Origin: Puniceicoccaceae bacterium 5H
GTDB taxonomy: Bacteria; Verrucomicrobiota; Verrucomicrobiia; Opitutales; Oceanipulchritudinaceae
Length of the DNA: 64,000 nt
Direction: 5' to 3'
Assembly (NCBI GenBank): GCA_009772895.1
Contig: WOUP01000007.1
Location: forward strand, 129,798 to 193,797
The position numbers and the translations under genes were made by a program. Below, piece by piece: positions 45,252 to 56,262 of this stretch. The notes beneath the pieces were generated by a model that did no database searches, was not told where the DNA came from, and saw nothing but the letters and a program-made list of their open reading frames with translations. The first letter of the stretch is position 1; the number at the start of each line of letters is the position of its first letter.

Positions 45252-45773
45252 CTAGGCCCGCGCGGTATTCAGCGCGGTGGCGACGCCGGAGACGACGGCT
45301 GCGAGGCGGACGGCATCGTGCACGTGGTCTTCGGTCAGGCCGCCGTCCTTCACGATCTTTTCGTGGGCCTTGAGGCACATTTCGCAGCCGGCGAGGGCGG
45401 CGCAGGCGAGCGACATCAGCTCGAAGTCGGCCTTGGTGGTCGCGACCTTGTTCATGCGCTGCATGCGCAGGCGGGCCGGGCGCTGGTTGTAGGCCTCGCT
45501 GTCCATCAGGTGACGGAAGCGGTAGTAGACGGTGTTCATGCCCATGATGGAGGCGGCGGCCTTGGCGTCGCTGTGCACCTCGCCGCTCTCGGGGAAGTCG
45601 GCGGCCAGCGCGTCGATCAGGGCGCCGTTGCCGGTAAAGTAGGCGCAGGCCAGTGCGACGCCCCAGCGTTGGGCGGAGGTGAGGTTTTCTTCCTCCAGCA
45701 GGTTCTTGAGGTTCAGGCGCAGGTCCTTCGCCTCCTCGGGCAGGGTCTTGAGCAGAGTGGTCGTTTGTTCCAT
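45252..45773 (-). CDS. ahpD: Alkylhydroperoxidase AhpD (carboxymuconolactone decarboxylase family)
   Basis: CxxC active site LAGCEMCLKAH, LPEEAKDLRLNL N-terminus, located directly upstream of ahpC. Confidence 0.85.
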   Translation of the reverse strand: MEQTTTLLKTLPEEAKDLRLNLKNLLEEENLTSAQRWGVALACAYFTGNGALIDALAADFPESGEVHSDAKAAASIMGMNTVYYRFRHLMDSEAYNQRPARLRMQRMNKVATTKADFELMSLACAALAGCEMCLKAHEKIVKDGGLTEDHVHDAVRLAAVVSGVATALNTARA

Positions 45774-45955
45774 GACGATTAAATGGGAGAGGTAGGTATC
45801 GGTAGGCGAGAGCGTCGCGATGTCAACCGGGGAGGGCGTTCTCGTGGTCAGGAGGTAGCGGCAAGGCGTATATCCTGTTGCATTTCATTCTCCTAAAGGT
45901 TGAGGCGAATCCCGTTTTGCTCATGGTGTAGTCGTTCCTCCTTCATCCCTTCGCC

Positions 45956-46879
45956 ATGACCGCTTCGCATTCGCCGAACCCTCCCGCCTCGACTCACTGG
46001 TGGACGCATCTGTCAACCTGGCTTTGCCTGTTTGGGGCGGGGTTCGTCTATGCCGTGGCACTCAAGTATTTTGTGCTGCCGGCCAAGGTGATCCTGACGG
46101 GCATGGAGGGCATTGCGGTATCGCTCTCCTACTATTTCGAGAGCGAGTGGCTGTTCATCGGGCTCTACCTGATCTTCCAGACGATCCTGCTGGCCTTCGG
46201 CTTCTTCAAGGTCGGCCGGTCGTTCAGCTTTCGCTCGCTGTGTGTCGTAACGACGGTGGTGGTGCTGTTGGCGGTGTTGCCACACTTTCAATTTGCCAGC
46301 CCTGAGGCGACTAACGAGCGTATCATCCTGGTGTTGTTTGGGGGCATCCTGGCCGGCGTAGCCAAAGCAATTGCCTTTCGTTGCGGCGGGTCGACGGCCG
46401 ACGAGGACGTGCTGGCGGCCTATTTTGCGATCAAGCACCGCAAGCCGGTCGGCTCCATCGCCATCGTGGCAGGGGCGGCGTCCACGATCTTCGGTATGGC
46501 GATGGCGCTGCTCAAGACCGGTGCCTTCGAGAGCGTGATCAATACCTTGATGTATACCAGTATCTACATCTTTGTCAGCGCCGAGACCCTGAACAACTTT
46601 TACCGCAAGTTCCGCCTCTCACTGGTGAACATCATTACCCAGAAGGCCGATGAGGTAGGCGACGCATTGAAGCAACAGCTGCAGCACCGTACCTTCACGA
46701 TCAAGGAGGGCAGGGGCGGTTACTCTGAGCAGCGCTTTGCGGTTCTGCAGGCTGTCATCACACACGAAGAGATCGCCTTGGCGGTGGCGACGATCGAGGC
46801 GGCCGATCCCACGTGCTTCTATTATTACCACGATGTCGAGGGCGTCTCGGCCAACTACTATATCCGCCCCATTGCCTGA
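45956..46879 (+). CDS. YitT-family membrane protein (DUF2179 C-terminal domain)
   Basis: FVLPAKVILTGMEGIAVSL, 5-6 TM segments, C-terminal soluble domain FTIKEGRGGYSEQRFAVLQAVITHEE. Confidence 0.8.
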   Translation: MTASHSPNPPASTHWWTHLSTWLCLFGAGFVYAVALKYFVLPAKVILTGMEGIAVSLSYYFESEWLFIGLYLIFQTILLAFGFFKVGRSFSFRSLCVVTTVVVLLAVLPHFQFASPEATNERIILVLFGGILAGVAKAIAFRCGGSTADEDVLAAYFAIKHRKPVGSIAIVAGAASTIFGMAMALLKTGAFESVINTLMYTSIYIFVSAETLNNFYRKFRLSLVNIITQKADEVGDALKQQLQHRTFTIKEGRGGYSEQRFAVLQAVITHEEIALAVATIEAADPTCFYYYHDVEGVSANYYIRPIA

Positions 46880-47053
46880 GTGCCGCCCGACGTGGGGTAA
46901 CGCAGGCCATGCGGCGGTTGTTTTTCCTCGGGGCCGGGGTGGGGATTTCCTGATTGGCCTTGCGGAACGGCTAATTGTGACGATTATGAAAGGAGGGCTT
47001 CGGCCCCGTTGGCAGGAGCTGGGCGACGGCGGCCTGCCGCGTGTTACGACACC

Positions 47054-47518
47054 ATGAATAACAAGGATTTCAACGAAGTCGTTCACCTGATTGTCCGGGA
47101 TGATCGGCGCTATGAACCGGGCGCCTACCACTTTTTGCGCCAGGCGCTCGACTATACGCTGAACAAGGTGCGCGAGAAGGAAGGCGCGAGTTCGACCCGC
47201 CACATCAGCGGTCAGGAACTGGCGGAAGGCATCCGCGACTACGCGCTGGACCAATACGGGCCCATGGCCAAGACGCTCCTGAACGAATGGGGCATCACGA
47301 AGACAGGCGACTTTGGCGAGATGGTCTTCAACCTGGTGGACTACAAGGTCTTCGGCAAGACCGAGCAGGACCACAAGGAGGACTTTCAGAACCTTTACAG
47401 CTTCGACGAGGCGTTTTTGCAGCCCTTCCGCCCCGAGCACCCGCCGCGCTTTTATTACCGTCCCGGTGAAAGGCGCTTGAACTCGGTCAGCTCTTCGTCG
47501 CAGACTCCGCGCGCATAA
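47054..47518 (+). CDS. Minf_1886-family protein (Verrucomicrobia/Planctomycetes-restricted, TIGR04138-like)
   Basis: YHFLRQALDYTLNKV...RHISGQELAEGIRDYALDQYGPMAKTLLNEWGITKTGDFGEMVFNLV matches my recollection of that family. Its stop overlaps the ATG of the M16 peptidase (TAATG). Confidence 0.7.
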   Translation: MNNKDFNEVVHLIVRDDRRYEPGAYHFLRQALDYTLNKVREKEGASSTRHISGQELAEGIRDYALDQYGPMAKTLLNEWGITKTGDFGEMVFNLVDYKVFGKTEQDHKEDFQNLYSFDEAFLQPFRPEHPPRFYYRPGERRLNSVSSSSQTPRA

Positions 47519-50097
47519 TGCCTGATACCAAATCGACGCGGGAAAGCGGGCGGACGCAGGTCCTCCGCGATTTGCTGGCTTGGCCGGTCAAACGGTGGGT
47601 GCTGCCCAACGGGCTCACCGTGCTCCATCTGGAGGACCATTCCGCCGATCTGGTGGCCATTCAGGCCTGGGTGCATACCGGCAGCATCCATGAGGGCGAG
47701 TGGATGGGGGCAGGCCTCTCGCACTTCCTCGAACACATGCTGTTCAAGGGCACTGAAAAGCGCGACTGCCTCTCCATCGCCAAGGAGATTCAGGCCGCGG
47801 GCGGCGACATCAACGCCTATACGACTTTTGACCGTACCGTCTACCACCTCGAGCTGCCGAGCGAGGCCTTTGCGCTGGGCATCGAGCTGCTGCGCGACCA
47901 GGTGCTGCACAGTACGTTGCCGCCCGAGGAGGTGGCCAAGGAGCGTGGCGTGATCCTGCGCGAGATCGACATGGGCCTCGACGATCCGGATCGGCGCGTC
48001 GCACGCTCGCTCTTCCGTACCGCCTTCCGCCACCATCCCTACCGGCATCCGGTGATTGGTTATCGCGAGGTGTTCGAGCAGGTACAGCGCGACGACCTCT
48101 GGAAGTATTACAAGGAGCGCTACGTGCCCAACAACATGACGCTGATCGTGTCGGGCGCGGTGAGCGAGGCGCTGCTGCAGCACGAACTGCGGCAGACGTG
48201 GGCCCTGGAGCAGCGCAAGAAGCTGCCGCCGATCCCCGTGCCGCAAGAGCCGATCCAGCTCGCCCCCCGCCAGGAAGAGCTGCAGGGCGACGTGAATATC
48301 TGCCGCGGTGGTATCTCCTTTCGCGTGCCCTCCATGCGCAGCACCGATGCGCCCGCGCTGGACGTGTTGGCCGCGTTGCTGGGGCAGGGGCGCAGTTCCC
48401 GCCTCTGGCGCACCCTGCGCGACGAGCAGAAGCTGGTGCACTACATCGACGCCACGGTCTGGAATCCGGGCGAAGCAGGGTTGTTCTGGATTTCCTACTA
48501 TTGCGAGCCGAGCCGTCACAACGAGGTGCAAGACGCCATCCTCGCCGTACTCGGCCAGATCGCCTACGAACCCTTTACGGTCGACGACGTGGCCAAGGCC
48601 CGTCGCGGCGCGCTCGTGAACGAGATCAACGCGCGCAAGACCATGACGGGACAGGCCGGTCGCCTGGGCGGGGCCGAAGTCGTGGTCGGCGACCTCGACT
48701 ACCCGAAGACCTATTTTGCCCGCCTCGATCAGGTACGCCCGGAAGACCTCCAGCGTGTGGCCGAGAAATACTTGCAGGAGCAGGCCCGCAGCAGCGTCTC
48801 GCTGGTGCCGGAGCGCGAATCCACTCAGGCCACCGCCGAGCACCAGAAGGTCCAGGCGCCGGAGTTCAAGGAGAAGAAGCTCTCCAACGGCGCCCGCATC
48901 CTGTATCAGGTTGACCGCAAGCTGCCCAAGGTGCACCTGCGCTACAGCGCCCTCGGCGGTCCGCACTTCGAGAACGACGACGTGCGCGGCATCACCGCCT
49001 TGCTGGCCAACTTGCTGACCAAGGACACGGCGCACCGCACGGCGGCCGAGGTCGCGAGCTCCATCGAGCAGGTCGGCGGCGCCTTCGCCCCGTTCTCGGG
49101 CAACAATACTTTCGGTTTTTCGCTCGAGGTGATGCCCGAAGACGAAGAGCTGGCGCTCTCGTTGCTTGAGGATTCGCTGCTGCGTCCCGACTTCAAGGCC
49201 CACACCTTCGGGCTGGAGCGCGACGCGCAGATCGCGGAGATCCAGGAGGAGAACGACGAGGTGGTCGACTATGGCCGCCGGCTGTTGCGCCGCTATTTCT
49301 TTGGCAACCACCCCTTCAGCATCGACCCGCTGGGCGAGGTGCGCCACCTGCAGCAGATGATGGTCGATCAGGTCCGCGACCTCTTCAAGACGCTCGTCAT
49401 CGGCGGAAACACGGTCGTGAGCGTCTCGGGCGACTTCGACGAAGAAGAGTTGCTGCCGCGTCTGGAGCACATTCTCGAGCAGATCCCGCAGGGGAAAATG
49501 CCCGATCGAGCGCCGCTGGAGCTGGGCCGCCAGCAGGGCCAATGGGAGCACGAGACCAAGCAGCGCGAGCAGGCCGTCGTCTACCGTGCCTTTGCCGACG
49601 TGGGCATCCAGAGCGGTGACATGTTGCTGAGCGATTTGCTGGAAGAGATCTGCAGCGACATGTCGAGCCAGCTGTTCTTCCGCGTGCGCGAGCAGCAGAG
49701 CCTCGCCTACTTTGTGTCTGCCAGCCGCGTGCTGGGGCTGCGCCAAGCCATGTTCTATTTCTTTGCCGGCACGCATCCCAATACGGCGGCCCGGGTGCAG
49801 CGCGAGCTGGATTTCGAGGCCCAGCGCCTGCGCGAAGGCGGCATTACGGACGACGAATTCCAACGCGCCCGCCGGCGCCTGAAGGTCCGTCGCCGCGCCG
49901 GCTTGCAACGCATCGGGGCTCGTGCCGCCCAGGCCGGTCTCAACGCGCTCTATGGCAAGCCGATCAACGACTGGCTGGAGCAGGATGCGAAGCTCGATGC
50001 CGTGACGCTCGACCAGCTCAAGGCCCACGCGGCCAAGGTCTTCGCCGAAGACAGCGGGGTGGGCCTTATCGTCGCGCCCGAGCGCAAGGGCGAGTAA
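47518..50097 (+). CDS. M16-family (pitrilysin/insulinase-like) zinc peptidase, fused double unit
   Basis: HxxEH motif LSHFLEHMLFKGT plus downstream E (REIDMG). 859 aa, i.e. four M16 half-domains. No signal peptide seen. Confidence 0.85.
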   Translation: MPDTKSTRESGRTQVLRDLLAWPVKRWVLPNGLTVLHLEDHSADLVAIQAWVHTGSIHEGEWMGAGLSHFLEHMLFKGTEKRDCLSIAKEIQAAGGDINAYTTFDRTVYHLELPSEAFALGIELLRDQVLHSTLPPEEVAKERGVILREIDMGLDDPDRRVARSLFRTAFRHHPYRHPVIGYREVFEQVQRDDLWKYYKERYVPNNMTLIVSGAVSEALLQHELRQTWALEQRKKLPPIPVPQEPIQLAPRQEELQGDVNICRGGISFRVPSMRSTDAPALDVLAALLGQGRSSRLWRTLRDEQKLVHYIDATVWNPGEAGLFWISYYCEPSRHNEVQDAILAVLGQIAYEPFTVDDVAKARRGALVNEINARKTMTGQAGRLGGAEVVVGDLDYPKTYFARLDQVRPEDLQRVAEKYLQEQARSSVSLVPERESTQATAEHQKVQAPEFKEKKLSNGARILYQVDRKLPKVHLRYSALGGPHFENDDVRGITALLANLLTKDTAHRTAAEVASSIEQVGGAFAPFSGNNTFGFSLEVMPEDEELALSLLEDSLLRPDFKAHTFGLERDAQIAEIQEENDEVVDYGRRLLRRYFFGNHPFSIDPLGEVRHLQQMMVDQVRDLFKTLVIGGNTVVSVSGDFDEEELLPRLEHILEQIPQGKMPDRAPLELGRQQGQWEHETKQREQAVVYRAFADVGIQSGDMLLSDLLEEICSDMSSQLFFRVREQQSLAYFVSASRVLGLRQAMFYFFAGTHPNTAARVQRELDFEAQRLREGGITDDEFQRARRRLKVRRRAGLQRIGARAAQAGLNALYGKPINDWLEQDAKLDAVTLDQLKAHAAKVFAEDSGVGLIVAPERKGE

Positions 50098-50115
50098 AGA
50101 GGCGCACGGCGCGAC

Positions 50116-50898
50116 TTACGCGTCGATTTCGGCCACCTTGTAGGCCTTCACCGGCACGTCTTCCACGTAACAAAGATGGTCTGGCGCGTGGGTGGGTGTG
50201 GGCAAGCCCGCCTGGGCAAAGGGCGTCAGGTCCCACGTCTCCAGCTCGGCCGCTTGGTAGCGGTAAGGCGTGTGGTGCACCTGCCCGCGAAAGAACCGGC
50301 CCTGGTGATGGCTGACTAGATAGTAGCGCTCGAGCAGGAAAAACTCCAGCGTGCCCGGTTCGGCCCGTTCAGGTTCGCCGGGGAGGCCGCGGTAGCGATA
50401 GCGGCTCTGCCGGGCAGTGTCTTGACGGCGGCAGCGGTAGTCGATCCAGTCGCCGGATGCAGGGGCGGCGATGGCCTCCATGCGGGCAAATTGATAGGGC
50501 AGGTAAAAGAACTGGCGGGCGAGCATCACCGCGAGACGTTGGTTGCAGTCGAGCGAGTAAAACCACACACCCGGTCTACCCTGGGCATCGACGACGTAGG
50601 TGCGCACGTTCAGCTCCAGAAAGTTGGAAATGCCCGGTAAGGTCGGCGCCCAGGTAAGGCGAACGTCGCGCATGTAAAACGGCACCAGTGCGACCCAGGC
50701 CTTGCCGTCGAAGGTATCGAGGGCCAGCCCGCGCGGTAGCGTGGCGGCGATGACTTCAGGTTCAAAGGCCCAGTGGGCGAACAACAGCCTGGACCAGCGC
50801 TGCAGCATGGCGGGCTTGTCCTCTGCAGGGGCTTCCCGGGCGGCGAGTCGCATGTCCAAGGTGACGTTCATGGCGTACAATACAGGAATTTCTGGCAA
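50116..50898 (-). CDS. DUF2071 (YqjF-like) family protein
   Basis: LLFAHWAFEPEVIAATLPRGLALDTFDGKAWVALVPFYM pattern. Family name from memory. Confidence 0.7.
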   Translation of the reverse strand: MPEIPVLYAMNVTLDMRLAAREAPAEDKPAMLQRWSRLLFAHWAFEPEVIAATLPRGLALDTFDGKAWVALVPFYMRDVRLTWAPTLPGISNFLELNVRTYVVDAQGRPGVWFYSLDCNQRLAVMLARQFFYLPYQFARMEAIAAPASGDWIDYRCRRQDTARQSRYRYRGLPGEPERAEPGTLEFFLLERYYLVSHHQGRFFRGQVHHTPYRYQAAELETWDLTPFAQAGLPTPTHAPDHLCYVEDVPVKAYKVAEIDA

Positions 50899-51172
50899 TT
50901 ATCTGGGCGCTATGCCTGTTTATGACGCAAATTTCGTCAGAGGTCCGAAAAGGCGGTGGGCGGCGCAAAACTCAGGTGAATCTGGCGCCGGCGGGATTGA
51001 ATGGAGGGTGAGACGAATTGACGCAGTTGGGCCGCGTGTCGGCTGTTATCGTCCCGGCCCGCAGACGGCATCAATGCGATCCTGGGACGTTTAACCTATT
51101 GATAAACAGGTGAATGAGTGTCTTCTCTGCGGCTGATTTGGGTTGGCGCGAGGCGTGCAGCTGCAGTGGGCA

Positions 51173-53773
51173 ATGAATCTCGATTTGAACCAGTTTACCG
51201 AGCGGGCCCGCGAAGCCGTCTTTGCGGCGCAGCAGGAGGCCCAGCAGCGGCAACACCAGCAAGTCGACGGTTGGCATTTGCTGGCCGCCTTGGTGACGCA
51301 GGAGCAGGGCACTGTGCCCGCCATCCTGCAAAAGCTGGACTTGCAACCGGCCGCTTTCGAACTCGCTTTGACCCGTGAACTCGACCGCCTGCCCGCCGTG
51401 AGCGGCAGCACCGAGGCGGGCAAGCTGTATGTGACCGAGGCCCTCAACGACGCGCTGAACAAGGCGCAGGCGGAGGCCAAGCGGATGAAGGACGAGTATA
51501 TCTCCGTCGAGCACCTCTTCCTGGGGCTGTTGCTGACGGACAAGCATGCCGGCCTGAAGAAATTTTGGAGTAGTTTTGAGCTCTCGCCCGAACGCATTCG
51601 GGAGGCGCTCAAGCAGGTTCGGGGGAACCAGCGGGTGACGTCGCAAAATCCGGAGGCCACCTATCAGGCCCTGGAGAAGTACGGGCAGGACCTCGTCGCG
51701 ATGGCGCGGCAGGGCAAGCTCGACCCGGTGATCGGCCGTGACGCCGAGATCCGGCGCGTCATCCGGATCCTTTCACGGAAGACCAAGAACAATCCGGTGC
51801 TCATTGGTGAGCCGGGTGTCGGCAAGACGGCCATCGTCGAAGGCCTCGCCCAGCGCATTGTGCGCGGCGACGTGCCCGAGGGCCTGAAAGACAAGACCGT
51901 GGTGGCGCTCGACATGGGCAGCCTGATCGCGGGCGCCAAGTTCCGCGGTGAGTTCGAGGAACGCCTCAAGGCCGTGCTCAACGAGGTGAAGCAGTCCGAA
52001 GGGCGCGTGCTGCTCTTTATCGACGAGCTGCACACCATCGTAGGCGCGGGCCGCACCGATGGCGCGATGGACGCCGGCAACCTGCTCAAGCCTATGCTGG
52101 CGCGCGGCGAGCTGCACTGTATCGGGGCGACCACGCTCGATGAATACCGCAAATACATCGAGAAGGACGCCGCGCTCGAACGCCGCTTCCAGACGGTGCA
52201 GGTCGACCAGCCGACGGTGGAGGACACCATCTCCATCCTGCGCGGCTTGCGCGAACGCTTTGAGCTGCACCACGGGGTGCGCATCACCGACAATGCGTTG
52301 GTCAATGCGGCCACGCTCAGCCACCGCTACATCAACGACCGTTTCCTGCCGGACAAGGCGATCGACCTCGTGGACGAGGCCGGCGCGATGATCCGCACCG
52401 AGATGGATTCAATGCCGCAGGAGCTGGACGAGCTGCAACGACGCACCCTGCAGCTGGAGATCGAGGAGGCCGCCTTGACCAAGGAAAAGGACGCCGCCTC
52501 GCAGCACCGGCTGGAAGAGCTGCGCCGGGAGCTGGCCGATGTGCGGGAGCGCTACCAGGCCCTGCGCACGCGTTGGGAGGCCGAGAAGGAAACCGTTTCC
52601 AAGGCCCAGCAGCTGCGCGAGCAGATCGACCAGTTGAAGGTCGAGATGGCCCAGGCCGAGCGCAATTACGACCTCAACAAGGTCGCGATGCTGCGCCACG
52701 GTCGCCTGCCGGAGCTGGAGGCCAAACTGAAGGCCGCCAACGCTGAGGTGGAGCAGAAGAAGGCCCACAGCCTCTTCAAGGAAGAGGTGACCGATGAGGA
52801 GATCGGCGAGATCGTCAGCCGCTGGACCGGCATCCCGGTGACGCGCCTGTTGGAGGGCGAAAAGGATAAGCTGTTGCGCCTCGAGGACATCCTGCACGAG
52901 CGCGTGGTGGGGCAGGAGGAAGCCGTCTCGGCGGTCTCCGAAGCCATCCTGCGGGCTCGCGCGGGCATCAAGGACCCGCGGCGCCCGATCGGCTCGTTCC
53001 TCTTCCTCGGTCCCACGGGTGTGGGCAAGACCGAGCTGGCCAAGACGCTGGCCGCGACCCTCTTCGACAGCGAGGAAGCCGTCGTGCGGCTCGACATGAG
53101 CGAATACATGGAGAAGCACTCCGTGTCGCGGCTCATCGGAGCGCCTCCGGGCTACGTGGGTTACGATGAGGGCGGCCAGCTGACCGAGGCGGTGCGGCGC
53201 AAGCCCTACAGCGTCGTGCTTTTCGACGAGATCGAGAAGGCCCACCCGGATGTCTTCAACACGCTGCTGCAGATCATGGACGATGGGCGCATCACCGACA
53301 GCCAGGGGCGCACGGTGAACTTCAAGAACACCGTCATCATCCTGACGAGCAACATCGGCAGCCGTTTCCTGACCGAGGGCGTGACGGGCGACGAGATCCC
53401 CGAATCGGTGCGCGAAAGCGTAATGGCCGAGCTACGGCGCGGCTTCCGCCCGGAGTTCCTCAATCGCCTGGACGACATCGTGCTTTTCAAGCCGCTGGGG
53501 CTCGAGCAGATCGCCTCGATCGTGCACCTGCTGGTGGCCGACCTCAACCGTCGCCTGGCCGAGCAGCAACTGACGGTCGAGCTGACGCCGGCGGCAGTCG
53601 AGTGGGCAGCCGAGCGCGGCTACGACCCCATCTACGGGGCGCGTCCGCTGCGGCGCTTCCTGCAAAAGCAGATCGAGAACCGCTTGGCCAAGGCCATTAT
53701 CTCCGGCGAGGCCGAAGCAGGGCAGACGATCCGCTTCGACGTGCAGGACGGTCAACTGGTGCAGGCCGCGTAA
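51173..53773 (+). CDS. clpB: ATP-dependent chaperone ClpB
   Basis: Clp N-domain, Walker [10 protein letters not shown] and GPTGVGKTE, long middle coiled-coil, 866 aa. Start at ATG 51173. Confidence 0.95.
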   Translation: MNLDLNQFTERAREAVFAAQQEAQQRQHQQVDGWHLLAALVTQEQGTVPAILQKLDLQPAAFELALTRELDRLPAVSGSTEAGKLYVTEALNDALNKAQAEAKRMKDEYISVEHLFLGLLLTDKHAGLKKFWSSFELSPERIREALKQVRGNQRVTSQNPEATYQALEKYGQDLVAMARQGKLDPVIGRDAEIRRVIRILSRKTKNNPVLIGEPGVGKTAIVEGLAQRIVRGDVPEGLKDKTVVALDMGSLIAGAKFRGEFEERLKAVLNEVKQSEGRVLLFIDELHTIVGAGRTDGAMDAGNLLKPMLARGELHCIGATTLDEYRKYIEKDAALERRFQTVQVDQPTVEDTISILRGLRERFELHHGVRITDNALVNAATLSHRYINDRFLPDKAIDLVDEAGAMIRTEMDSMPQELDELQRRTLQLEIEEAALTKEKDAASQHRLEELRRELADVRERYQALRTRWEAEKETVSKAQQLREQIDQLKVEMAQAERNYDLNKVAMLRHGRLPELEAKLKAANAEVEQKKAHSLFKEEVTDEEIGEIVSRWTGIPVTRLLEGEKDKLLRLEDILHERVVGQEEAVSAVSEAILRARAGIKDPRRPIGSFLFLGPTGVGKTELAKTLAATLFDSEEAVVRLDMSEYMEKHSVSRLIGAPPGYVGYDEGGQLTEAVRRKPYSVVLFDEIEKAHPDVFNTLLQIMDDGRITDSQGRTVNFKNTVIILTSNIGSRFLTEGVTGDEIPESVRESVMAELRRGFRPEFLNRLDDIVLFKPLGLEQIASIVHLLVADLNRRLAEQQLTVELTPAAVEWAAERGYDPIYGARPLRRFLQKQIENRLAKAIISGEAEAGQTIRFDVQDGQLVQAA

Positions 53774-53799
53774 TCCGCATCCCGCACGCTTCGCTTTAC

Positions 53800-53829
53800 G
53801 GCGCCCGGCTTCGATCGGGCGCCTTTTTT
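53800..53829 (+). terminator. Rho-independent terminator after clpB
   Basis: ggcgcccg-gcttcgat-cgggcgcc followed by TTTTTT. Confidence 0.75.
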
Positions 53830-53940
53830 GTAGCTGGAATATTCCCCATGGGTGGAGCCGTATGCCCCGGGGAATTGCCCTTGAACGCCCGCTACACCCC
53901 GCGTAGTGATGAGGTAGATTTGCCTGTGCCCGAACGAGAA

Positions 53941-54486
53941 ATGAAAGCCCCCCTGCGATTGCTCGCGTTGTCCGGTAGCCTGCGACAGCGGTCTTACAAC
54001 ACGGCGGCGCTCGAAGCGCTGGCCGTCTTGGTCCCGGCGAGGGTCGAAGTGGAAGTTTTCCGAGGGCTCGGCGAGCTGCCGCTCTTCAATCCCGACCTCG
54101 AGGGGCAGCACGTTCCGGCGTTCGAGCGGCTGCGTGCTGCTGTAGGTCGGGCGGATGGGCTCATGATCGCCAGCCCCGAATACGCGCACGGCATCACCGG
54201 CGTGCTCAAGAATGCCCTCGATTGGCTGGTGAGCGGCGAGGAGTTCATCCACCAGCCGGTGATGCTGATCAATACCTCACCGCGGGCCACACATGCCCTG
54301 GCGGCATTGCGGGAAGTGGTGACCACGATGTCCGGCGTGGTGGTGGAAGAGGCGAGAGTTGCCATCCCGTTGCTGGGGAGTGGTCTGGATCGGGACGGCA
54401 TTCTTGCCGATCCGGCGATCACGGCGGCTCTGCGCGAAGGCATCGTCCATTTCACCGAAGCGATTCTTTGTTTACAGTCAGAATAA
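53941..54486 (+). CDS. NADPH-dependent FMN reductase family protein
   Basis: MKAPLRLLALSGSLRQRSYN..., IASPEYAHGITGVLKNALDW. The track ORF start 53602 lies inside clpB and is rejected. Confidence 0.8.
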   Translation: MKAPLRLLALSGSLRQRSYNTAALEALAVLVPARVEVEVFRGLGELPLFNPDLEGQHVPAFERLRAAVGRADGLMIASPEYAHGITGVLKNALDWLVSGEEFIHQPVMLINTSPRATHALAALREVVTTMSGVVVEEARVAIPLLGSGLDRDGILADPAITAALREGIVHFTEAILCLQSE

Positions 54487-54562
54487 GCGCAGTTGCCTGT
54501 ATTTAAGAAGTTACAACCAGGTTTAAATCCTTATAAATAGGTTTATATTGCATAAAGAAAAA

Positions 54563-54590
54563 GCCCCAGCAGACTGCTGGGGCTCGTTTC
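54563..54590. terminator. Hairpin terminator (U tract better on the minus strand)
   Basis: gccccagca-gac-tgctggggc. Flanked by aaagaaaaa on the left and tcgtttcg on the right. Confidence 0.5.
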
Positions 54591-54860
54591 GTAAACAGGA
54601 CAGGTTCTAACCTAGGGCAAAACTGATGAGGGTTAACATTGCCCAATTTAGCGCCTGATGCAAGCCTTCACTGGGCATGTTGCGCATTTGTTGCACCTTT
54701 TCTGCAGCTTCCTATGTCCTTCACGTAAGGCACACTTACAGCTTTTCCGCCGTCACAGATTGTGTTCCATGAAGTCGATAACGCTCTTAAGAATTGGACT
54801 TTTGGCCGGGGGATTGGCGAGGCTTGGTATCCGTATATTTACGTAAGTTTGTAAACTGAA

Positions 54861-54885
54861 AAACCCTCCAATTGCGGAGGGTTTT
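54861..54885. terminator. Bidirectional intrinsic terminator downstream of the OYE gene
   Basis: aaaccctcc-aattgc-ggagggtttt. Confidence 0.65.
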
Positions 54886-54920
54886 GCCTGCTATCTTTTG
54901 GGCTATGGTGAAGGCCGGCC

Positions 54921-56033
<1,113 letters not shown>

Positions 56034-56262
56034 GTTTCGCGTGATAAATGCAGTAGGCATACCAGTCGGTCTAGTTGGGCCAGGGTGCAAGCCCTTTTGT
56101 AGCATTTCTGCCGGGGCTCATAGCGGCGTCACGTATCAGGTGCCTCTGTATCAAGAGGTAAACGTGTGCAGGTGCTCGCTGCGAAAAGGCGGTAACATGG
56201 GGCGTAAAACGGGCTTTGCCCTTGCCCTGCGTGAAGAGCAAGGCCACCTTTCCCGATACCCC

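Noticed and set aside
47455-50028. 857-aa minus-strand ORF opposite the M16 peptidase
   Set aside because: It is antisense to a frame with the HxxEH signature, and the translation is Leu/Arg/Ala/Gly-rich with no motif.
54658-54846. 62-aa ORF in the AT-rich spacer as a protein-coding gene
   Set aside because: It has a Cys/His/Leu/Arg-rich odd composition, atypical codon usage and no ribosome-binding site. Only its last 25 codons (from ATG 54769) are retained, as a low-confidence small-peptide hypothesis in the findings.
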